From Polyangiales bacterium (lineage in GTDB: Bacteria > Myxococcota_A > Polyangia > Polyangiales > Polyangiaceae): a stretch of DNA of 64,000 nt. Positions 57,209 through 64,000 of this stretch are shown here, one piece after another (position 1 is the first letter of the stretch; each line of letters opens with the position of its first letter). Below the pieces are notes generated by a model. It saw only the letters and a program-made list of their open reading frames with translations. It had not been told where the DNA came from and did not search any database. The stretch is from assembly GCA_038207155.1 (NCBI GenBank), contig JBBRAB010000008.1, positions 27,709 to 91,708 of the forward strand. Reading direction: 5' to 3'. Position numbers and translations under genes: made by a program.

Positions 57209-57519
57209 AGTTCTGCTCCCTTACCGCCCGAGATCGAGACTTGGTGGACTGAGTCAAGCCTCAGCGCGGAAGCTCGGCGGAGGGTTGGACAGGGCAGAAC
57301 CTCGCGCAGCGAGGTCGTACAATGGAGCGCCAATAGAAACAAGCCCCAGCGCCTGTTCGACAAGAAACCAGGCAAACGCGACTGGATTTCGCTGAGCGCT
57401 CACCGGACCTCCTGACGAGCGGCGTCGCACGAGCGCCGCCTCGCGCAAGCCGCTTCCGCGGAAACAAAAACAAGTCGCCCGGAGACGTCGACAATGCCTC
57501 GACGCTCACGTTAGCGCGT

Positions 57520-57745
57520 CCCTCACCGCACCGCGCGCATCCCTCGCCATCGCAGAGCGTCAGCGCGCATCTCGTTGGGGCACGCATAACGCACCATCGC
57601 AAAGCGTCAGCGCATCCCTCACCGCGCGCATCTCGTCGTGGCACGCCTTGCTCACCATCGCAAAGCGTCACCGCATCCCTCACCGCGTGCATCACTCGCC
57701 GTCGCAAAATGTCGGCGCGCATCTCACCGCGGCGCGCATCACTTG
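57520..57745. repeat. degenerate 44-61-bp repeats (4 units) in a non-coding stretch
   Basis: CCATCGCA[G/A]AGCGTCA at 57547, 57594 and 57655, and CCGTCGCAAAATGTCG at 57699. These are interleaved with repeated GCGCATC[C/T]C(TC)ACCGCG elements. Confidence 0.5.
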
Positions 57746-57984
57746 GGGCGTTGCTTGTGTCGCTGCCAACATTCGGGACAGCGCCACACCATGACTCCGG
57801 GCCTATCGGGACTCTGGTCGCGCGTGAGGCGCCAGCCATGTTGCGAGCTGATGAGCGTGTAGTTCGTGTCCGTCTCGGGTGCGGACGCGCGGCAGTCGAC
57901 GCAAACACGAGCGGGCGCGCCACCCGTGGGGAGAAGGTCACCCTGCTCGGTCGGACGCGTGTGAGACGTCGGGGCCTCAGACAT
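57739..57984 (-). CDS. small zinc-ribbon protein (CxxC...CxxC), 81 aa
   Basis: MSEAPTSH...RVCVDCRAS...GWRLTRDQSPDRPGVMVWRCPECWQRHKQRPK. About 75% GC3. The upstream part of the 173-aa track ORF looks non-coding. Confidence 0.55.
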   Translation of the reverse strand: MSEAPTSHTRPTEQGDLLPTGGAPARVCVDCRASAPETDTNYTLISSQHGWRLTRDQSPDRPGVMVWRCPECWQRHKQRPK

Positions 57985-58315
57985 CTTGATATCGATCGAG
58001 GGCACTCGGGGTCGTGGGAGCATTGCTATCCTTGTAGTTACAAGAATGGTGCCAACAGGTCTGCGGCCCCCGGTGTGGCTCCTGTGAGGTCGCCCACCCC
58101 GGAGTGGCCTCTGTTGGGGTCGCCGAGGCTCCCAACTTGCGCAAGTCGGACCCCTCCGCTGCACTTGATGTGCAGTCCGGCTGCCCGCCCGCTGCCAACT
58201 TGTGCATTTTTCACTGGTCAGCACGCCGCGACAGATCACTGTGGTCCCCCGAACCACCACGATCGCCTGCCCCGCCCTTCAGCCGAGGTGAACGTGACCG
58301 TATGGGCGTTGGCTC

Positions 58316-58585
58316 GTGCACAGCTATTTCCTTCTGACGCTCGGGGCTCTCCCTGGAAAACTCGTGGACCGTCAACTGGCGGGCGGTGGGGATGGCTACG
58401 GCATCGAACTCTGCTCGTGCAACAGCGCTCCCGCCGTCGTGATCGACGCCAGTCAGCTCGAAGTCAACGCCCGCAGCGCGCTCGGCCAGGGAGTGAGCCC
58501 CTTTCGCGTCTTCGTCTTCGAGAACCTGGCGGAACGCGAGAGCTGGCTCAACTCGCGCCGCGATCGGCACGGCTGGGTACGCTAG
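58316..58585 (+). CDS. small hypothetical protein (74-89 aa)
   Basis: About 82% GC3 from the GTG at 58364 onward (my count). Protein-like sequence GYGIELCSCNSAPAVVIDASQLEVNARSALGQGVSPFRVFVFENLAERESWL. It ends 86 nt before glpK. The antisense 152-aa ORF has the weaker codon-position bias. Confidence 0.45.
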   Translation: MHSYFLLTLGALPGKLVDRQLAGGGDGYGIELCSCNSAPAVVIDASQLEVNARSALGQGVSPFRVFVFENLAERESWLNSRRDRHGWVR

Positions 58586-58671
58586 CCTCGTAGGCGCGGG
58601 GGCGGGGGCGGGAGAAGCGACCACGTGCAACGCTTGGGTTCTGGCGTGCGACCCGATTAGACTCGCCAACC

Positions 58672-60186
58672 ATGAGCGTCATCGTCGCGATCGATCAGGG
58701 AACCACCAGCACCCGTTGCCTGGTGTTCGATCAGGCCGAGCGCGTAGTCGGGCAGTCGGCACGCCAGGTGACGCAGAGCTTCCAGCAACCCGGCTGGGTG
58801 GAGCATGACGCCAATGAGCTCTGGCAACAGGTCCAAGAGACCGTGCTCGAGGCCCTCGGTGCCGCCGGTCGTTCGGCGCGGGACGTGGTGGCGCTCGGCG
58901 TCGCCAACCAACGCGAAACCTGCCTTATCTGGGACCGCGCCACTCACCAGCCCCTCTCTCCTGCCCTCGTCTGGCAAGACACGCGCACCGCGGAGCTTTG
59001 CGCTGAGCTCGCTGCGGTCCACGGCAAGGATGGCTTTCGTCCCCTCACGGGCCTGCCGATCTCGACCTATTTCAGTGCCTCAAAACTCCACTGGTGGCTG
59101 AGAGAGCATCCTGAGTTGGCGGCTCGCGCCCGGCGTGGCGAGCTTGCGCTCGGCACGATCGACAGCTGGTTGGCGTACCGACTGACGGGGCGACACGTCA
59201 CTGACGTGACCAATGCGAGTCGCACTCAGCTGTTTGATATCCAGCGCCTCGAGTGGAGCCAAACGCTACTCGACACGTTTTCGCTCGACGCGGGTCTCAT
59301 GCCCGAAGTGGTGGCGTCAAGCGGCGTGATCGCGCTGTGCAAAACCCTACTGCCGGGAGTGCCACTGACGGGCCTACTCGGCGATCAGCAAGCCGCGCTC
59401 GTGGGACAGGGTTGTCTCCGACCAGGCCAGCTCAAGAATACCTACGGCACCGGCGGATTTGCGATGCTGCACACAGGCGCTGCACCAGTAGTCTCGCGTC
59501 ACGGGCTCCTGACCACGCTAGCCTATCAATTCGGGAACAATCCGGCGCAGTACGCGCTCGAGGGCTCGGTCGCGATCGCCGGTGCGGCCGTGAGGTGGCT
59601 GCGTGATGGGCTCGGCTTGATTGGGTCGATAGCGGAACTGGAACCCCTGGCTGCCTCAGTGAAGGATGCCGGCGGCGTGACGTTCGTGCCCGCCTTCGGT
59701 GGACTCTTTGCGCCGCATTGGCGCGATGACGCACGCGGAGTTCTGCTCGGCTTGACCCAGCACACGACCAAGGCGCACGTCGCGCGAGCAACGCTCGAGG
59801 GTGTCGCCATGCAAACCGCAGAAGTACTCGACATCATGGCGGAGGAGGGAGGCTACCAGCCCGACACAGTGCGCGTGGATGGCGCGATGAGTCGAAACAA
59901 TCTCTTTCTTCAGTGCCAGGCCGATCTCCTTGGCTATCGCGTGCAGCGCTCCGCGATGCAGGAGAGCACCGCGCTCGGGGCCGCGCGCGCTGCGGCCTAT
60001 GCCGTCGGCTTCTGGTCACCCGACGAAGCCGTCGGCGTTCCCAATGCATTGGCCCAATCCGAACCTCACGTCGGCGAAGCGGCAGCGCGAACCTTTGAAC
60101 CCACCAGGGATAACGAATTCCGACTCAACGCACGAGCACGCTGGTCGGGTGCTGTCTCGCGCAGCCTCGGACTCGGCAAGCTGTAG
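58672..60186 (+). CDS. glpK: glycerol kinase
   Basis: N-terminal VAIDQGTTSTRCLVFD and FGGY-family motifs throughout. 504 aa, the typical GlpK length. Confidence 0.95.
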   Translation: MSVIVAIDQGTTSTRCLVFDQAERVVGQSARQVTQSFQQPGWVEHDANELWQQVQETVLEALGAAGRSARDVVALGVANQRETCLIWDRATHQPLSPALVWQDTRTAELCAELAAVHGKDGFRPLTGLPISTYFSASKLHWWLREHPELAARARRGELALGTIDSWLAYRLTGRHVTDVTNASRTQLFDIQRLEWSQTLLDTFSLDAGLMPEVVASSGVIALCKTLLPGVPLTGLLGDQQAALVGQGCLRPGQLKNTYGTGGFAMLHTGAAPVVSRHGLLTTLAYQFGNNPAQYALEGSVAIAGAAVRWLRDGLGLIGSIAELEPLAASVKDAGGVTFVPAFGGLFAPHWRDDARGVLLGLTQHTTKAHVARATLEGVAMQTAEVLDIMAEEGGYQPDTVRVDGAMSRNNLFLQCQADLLGYRVQRSAMQESTALGAARAAAYAVGFWSPDEAVGVPNALAQSEPHVGEAAARTFEPTRDNEFRLNARARWSGAVSRSLGLGKL

Positions 60187-60269
60187 CCCGTCGCGCGAAA
60201 GGAATGCGCACCTGTCATCCGTCAGGTGGTGAGAGGTACGTCCGGTAGGGACCTGCTACGGTCGCGGAC

Positions 60270-60542
60270 ATGACGGACACCACAGTTCACGGGCATGATG
60301 TTCTCAACTACCTCGTGGCGGCAGGCGGCACGGTGAATCGCGCCGCGCTGGTGTCCTGGGCAACCGAGGCTCACGGCCCCGACGCGCGCTATCACACCTG
60401 TTCACGCAACGGGATGTCGCTGGACGAGCTCCTGGGGTTCCTCGAGTCGCGCGGCAAGCTGGCCCTGGCGGGCGAGACACTGCAGGTGTTCCCCGAAAAA
60501 ATGTGTGGACACGACGCACACGACCATCCGCACGAGCACTGA
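60270..60542 (+). CDS. YecH-family (DUF2492) putative metal-binding protein
   Basis: 90 aa. HGHDVLNYL...YHTCSRNGMSLDELLGFLESRGK...CGHDAHDHPHEH, with a His-rich C-terminus. Confidence 0.7.
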   Translation: MTDTTVHGHDVLNYLVAAGGTVNRAALVSWATEAHGPDARYHTCSRNGMSLDELLGFLESRGKLALAGETLQVFPEKMCGHDAHDHPHEH

Positions 60543-60645
60543 GAAGTCCCGAAGATCGGTAGTTCGGTACCGTCAACGACCACCCGGCGCTTGAATTTGG
60601 GTCGGAGTTCACAGAGACTCCGCTTAGGATTCTCTGGCGAACCCC

Positions 60646-62547
60646 ATGTTGACGGCCACCGGCCCGCTTGCTCAAACCGACTACAATACCCTCCTGGAGT
60701 CACTTCCGGCGGGCCTCGTTTGGTTGGATCGCGAGTTAACGCTGGTCGGCGTCAACCGCAACTTCGCTCGGCTCGTCGGCGCGTCCCGCGAGACGCTGCT
60801 CGGACGCTCACTGAGTGACCTGAGCGCCGATCCGGTCAGGGCCAAGCTCAACTGGCAGGGGCTGCTCGTCGCTCCAGCGAGCTTTTGCTGGACGCTCCAC
60901 GGCGAGCACGGAACCACGACCGCGCTGCAGATCTGTGGTGCTCCGTTCCGCGCCGCAACCCCGAGCGGGCTCGTGGCGTTGGTTACCGAACTCGCCGACG
61001 AGTCTGAACACCTCGCCGCCCTGCACGACGTGCAGTCACAACAGCGGGCGCTGCTCGACAGTCTGCCCTTTAGCGCCTGGCTGAAGGACGCCGAGGGTCG
61101 GTTTCTCGCCGTCAACGCCCCGTTTGCTCAAATGGCGGGAAGGACGGTCGGAGAGCTCGTCGGTCACACCGACGCCGAGTATTGGCCGCCCGAGCTCGCC
61201 AATAAATACCGCGAAGACGATCTCCGGGTGATGCGCCTCGGAATACCCTTGGCCGTCGAGGAGGTCATCGTCGGGCCCGCCGGGGAAACCTGGCATGAAA
61301 CCCATAAGAACCCCATCTTCGATGCGCTGGGTCGCGTATGCGGAACTGCAGGAACCGCGCGCGATGTCACCGAACGCCGCCACGCCGAACAGGAGCGACT
61401 GGCGCTGCTCGATCAGCTGCAGAAGCTCGAACGGCTTGAGAGCCTCGGTGTTCTGGCTGGGGGCATTGCGCACGACTTTAACAATCTGCTTGGAGGACTG
61501 TTTGGTTTCGTCGATCTTGCCCGGGAAGCCAGCCACGAACCCGAGGTCGTCGAGCTGCTGAGCGAAGCCCTTGCGGTGTTTGGGCGTGCGCGTGGCATCA
61601 CGCAGCAACTGTTGACGTTCAGTCGGGGTGGCAGCCCGATCCGCGAGCTGGATCGCGTCGATCTCGTGCTCGAAAGCACCGCACGCTTCGTGCTCAGCGG
61701 CTCCTCGGTGTCACTCAAGCTTGAGCTCGAGCCATCGCTCGACGCCTGCGACTACGACGCCGCTCAACTGAGTCAGGTCTTTCAGAACCTCCTGCTCAAC
61801 GCGGTCGAGGCCATGAGCGGCGGTGGCCAGCTGCAGATCACTGCTCGCAATCGCGAGCTTGAGGCGCTGCAGCTCCCTGGACTTGCTGCCGGACGCTACG
61901 TCGAGTTTGTCTTCACCGACCACGGACCCGGCATTTCCCCGGCGCTCCAGGCGCGGATATTTGACCCGTTTTTTACCACCAAATCCCGAGGCTGCGGACT
62001 CGGATTGGTCTCGTCACTCTCCATCATGCGGAGGCATTTTGGAACGATCCTGGTCGAGAGTGAACCGGGCCACGGGGCCACTTTTCGCGTGCTGTTGCCG
62101 TCGACCCGCGCCGCTCTCCCTCCACGCATCTCGACGGCTCCGTCAACCCATCGCGGTGCCGGGCGCGTGCTCGTGCTCGATGATGAGGAGTACTTGCAAC
62201 GACTGCTGGTGCAGATGCTTGAGCCCCTCGGATATGAGGTAGTCACCAGCTCGACCGCGACCGAGGCTTGGGACCTCTGGCAAGCAGCGTATGGCACGAG
62301 TGCCCGCTTCTCCCTGGTTATCCTGGATCTTACCTTGCCCGGTGGCCCCGGCGGGTGTGAACTCATGCTGCGTATCCGTGAGCAGGATCAGGAGCTTCGG
62401 TCGATTGTCAGCAGCGGCTACGCCGAGGATCCCGTTCTCGCAAACCCGACCAAGTACGGGTTCGATGCACGACTTCCCAAGCCCTATCGGCGTGAAGAGC
62501 TGCTCGCCGCGCTCGAATTGGTCGCGAGCATGAAGCGCTCACGCTAG
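60646..62547 (+). CDS. PAS-domain hybrid sensor histidine kinase / response regulator
   Basis: Two PAS-like regions, H-box GGIAHDFNNLLG, HATPase motifs DHGPGI and GLGLV, and a receiver (RVLVLDDEEY...ILDLTLPGG). Confidence 0.85.
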   Translation: MLTATGPLAQTDYNTLLESLPAGLVWLDRELTLVGVNRNFARLVGASRETLLGRSLSDLSADPVRAKLNWQGLLVAPASFCWTLHGEHGTTTALQICGAPFRAATPSGLVALVTELADESEHLAALHDVQSQQRALLDSLPFSAWLKDAEGRFLAVNAPFAQMAGRTVGELVGHTDAEYWPPELANKYREDDLRVMRLGIPLAVEEVIVGPAGETWHETHKNPIFDALGRVCGTAGTARDVTERRHAEQERLALLDQLQKLERLESLGVLAGGIAHDFNNLLGGLFGFVDLAREASHEPEVVELLSEALAVFGRARGITQQLLTFSRGGSPIRELDRVDLVLESTARFVLSGSSVSLKLELEPSLDACDYDAAQLSQVFQNLLLNAVEAMSGGGQLQITARNRELEALQLPGLAAGRYVEFVFTDHGPGISPALQARIFDPFFTTKSRGCGLGLVSSLSIMRRHFGTILVESEPGHGATFRVLLPSTRAALPPRISTAPSTHRGAGRVLVLDDEEYLQRLLVQMLEPLGYEVVTSSTATEAWDLWQAAYGTSARFSLVILDLTLPGGPGGCELMLRIREQDQELRSIVSSGYAEDPVLANPTKYGFDARLPKPYRREELLAALELVASMKRSR

Positions 62548-62592
62548 GCCTGCTCAGACGCGTGCGCACTCCACGGGGACATCGCTCCCTGC

Positions 62593-63246
62593 TCAATCCG
62601 CGGCGCGTCGCAGCAACACGCGAGCTGGAGCACCGTCGGCATTGACGAGGCGCAAAGGCGCGCAGCAGAGCTCCCACTCCCCCGCTGTCACAGCCTCGAG
62701 CAAGAGCCCTTCAACGATCAACAGCCCTGCCCCGAGCAAGCGCTGGTGCACAGGCAAAGGATCGCTAAACGGCGCAATCGACAGGGCGTCGATTCCGACG
62801 AGCCGCACACCCCGTTCAACCAACCAGGTTGCCGCTCCCTCGCTAAGCGCGACGTAGTCGCGCACAAACTCCGAGCAGCTCAACCGCCGCTGACGACTGT
62901 TTTCCGTGCGTAGCAGGAGTCGCTCGGGACGGCGAGTGTCAACGGCACGTGCCAGCTGCTCGGCAGAGATCTGCTCCCCCTCGTTCGGAAGGTCGACAAT
63001 CAGGCAGGGACCCCACAGCAGCTCAAGCGGGTAGACTTCGAGCCCTTCTCCCTGCGGGAGGAAGTGACTTGGCGCATCCACGTGGCTGCCGTGATGACTG
63101 CTGAGCTCCAGTCGAGAGACCTCCACCCCATCCCCCGCCGCGTGCGACGCCGTGAGCTTGCGCGAGAACTGTGCGTCCCCTGGCCAAACCAACGTGGTTT
63201 GGTCGAGCGGCATGGTGGCGTCAACGACGACGTAGGAGCGAGGCAT
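62593..63246 (-). CDS. cyclase-family protein (arylformamidase/kynurenine formamidase-like)
   Basis: Family motif SSHHGSHVDAPSHF. 217 aa. Confidence 0.8.
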   Translation of the reverse strand: MPRSYVVVDATMPLDQTTLVWPGDAQFSRKLTASHAAGDGVEVSRLELSSHHGSHVDAPSHFLPQGEGLEVYPLELLWGPCLIVDLPNEGEQISAEQLARAVDTRRPERLLLRTENSRQRRLSCSEFVRDYVALSEGAATWLVERGVRLVGIDALSIAPFSDPLPVHQRLLGAGLLIVEGLLLEAVTAGEWELCCAPLRLVNADGAPARVLLRRAAD

Positions 63247-63365
63247 ACACAGGCGAGGCTAGCGCGATCGGGGCGCGTCGGAGCTCGGACCGGAAATGCA
63301 GCGGCGCAACGCCCCAAAAATGGTCATAATAGCCCGTCGGAAACGTTCCCAGTCGGAGGCTATCG

Positions 63366-64000
63366 ATGCGTTCTTCCCTTGGCGTAGCTCTCATCATTTC
63401 TCTCTCCCCAGTCGCCTGCGGTTCATCGGACTCCGCTGCCGCACCTGGAGCATCAGCCGCCGGAGCGACCGCGACGGGCGGCACGCACAAGGGAGGCAGC
63501 GCGACGGGTGGCAGCGCGACGGGTGGCAGCGCAGCCGGCGGAACGACGGGTGGCACCACGACGGGTGGCAGCGCGACAGGCGGAACGATTGGTGGCACCG
63601 GACCGCTCAAGGAGCCGCCCATGGCGGTCGAGGATCCGGCCGCCAACGCGCAGGTACACATCTCGCATATTGGGTATGAACTCCGTGCGCCCAAGCACGC
63701 TGTGGTCCAAGCCAGTGCCACGATTTCCCGCTTTCAGCTGGTGTCGGCGAGCGACTCCAAGGTCTACCTCAGTGGAACGCTCCGCGAGCGCACTGGATTC
63801 ACGAGTTGGAGCGGGGGCCCTCGCTACTACACGGCGGATTTCTCGGCGCTGACACGCCCCGGTGACTATCTCCTACGGGTCAATGGCGCTAATACGCCAG
63901 CGTTTACCGTAGCCCAGTCGGTGCACTTCACGAAGACCGCGACAGCGGTGCTCGGTTATTTCAAGAATTCACGTGCAGACGACAAGGCGGTCTGGGACGC
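63366..64000 (+). CDS. lipoprotein with Thr/Gly linker and cellulase-N-terminal Ig-like domain (3' end outside window)
   Basis: Not in the ORF track; I translated it by hand in frame 0. MRSSLGVALIISLSPVAC, GGSATGG repeats, then VHISHIGYELRAPKHAVV...YYTADFSALTRPGDYLLRVNG, which parallels the N-termini of the two GH9 genes. Confidence 0.65.
   Translation, partial: MRSSLGVALIISLSPVACGSSDSAAAPGASAAGATATGGTHKGGSATGGSATGGSAAGGTTGGTTTGGSATGGTIGGTGPLKEPPMAVEDPAANAQVHISHIGYELRAPKHAVVQASATISRFQLVSASDSKVYLSGTLRERTGFTSWSGGPRYYTADFSALTRPGDYLLRVNGANTPAFTVAQSVHFTKTATAVLGYFKNSRADDKAVWD

Noticed and set aside
57315-57335. Sigma-54 type promoter upstream of the CBM lipoprotein gene (minus strand TTGGCGCTCCATTGTA)
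   Set aside because: The GG to GC spacing is one nucleotide short of the TGGCAC-N5-TTGC consensus, and the -12 element reads TTGT rather than TTGC.
57261-57941. 226-aa ORF and 294-aa ORF (57709-58593) covering the repeat region
   Set aside because: Their composition is Arg/Cys/Ala-rich and tracks the DNA repeats. They conflict with the better-supported small zinc-ribbon ORF and the 58316-58585 ORF.

Overview
This is a high-GC (about 65-72%) chromosomal segment that I assign to Myxococcota. The grounds are two MYXO-CTERM sorting tails (GCxC...hydrophobic...RRR), three eukaryotic-like Ser/Thr kinases, FHA/GGDEF/EAL signalling genes and many lipobox lipoproteins. I call about 55 protein genes, one tRNA-Arg(CCT), several tandem or direct repeats and a few hairpins.

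Contents:
- Housekeeping and metabolism: type III glutamine synthetase, glycerol kinase, a DEAD-box helicase, a SNF2 helicase, an aminotransferase, an M20 peptidase and a NUDIX hydrolase.
- Signalling: two hybrid histidine kinases, a translationally coupled REC-EAL / FHA-GGDEF pair, and an ECF sigma / FecR pair.
- Secreted polysaccharide degradation: two complete GH9 genes plus one partial GH9-like lipoprotein gene, two GH16, one GH16-fold lectin, one GH10, a beta-helix protein, a clan GH-A enzyme and CBM modules.

No CRISPR array, cas genes, transposase, integrase or recognisable defence system was found.

Most notable observations:
1. An ECF sigma / FecR-TPR / unknown / non-catalytic GH16-fold lectin operon that looks like a non-canonical glycan-sensing surface-signalling module.
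2. A lower-GC (about 50-60%) CAZyme island at about 48.7-56 kb. Its 3' part and the adjacent normal-GC gene hold three consecutive broken genes: a GH10 with an in-frame TAG, a Cys-rich protein with frame problems, and a CBM lipoprotein with a 29-bp tandem duplication plus an in-frame TAA.
3. A hemerythrin-DUF438 gene split by a frameshift and an in-frame TGA.
4. A tRNA-Arg with a 27-bp copy of its 3' end 1.5 kb downstream, which looks like an att-type islet remnant.
5. The 3' ends, stop codons included, of two convergent genes are duplicated in their shared intergenic region. One is a 7 x 20-bp array; the other is a 27-bp repeat at an in-frame 63-bp spacing.

All calls come from reading the ORF track and the sequence by eye. 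No database search was run. Start codons are my choices and may be off.
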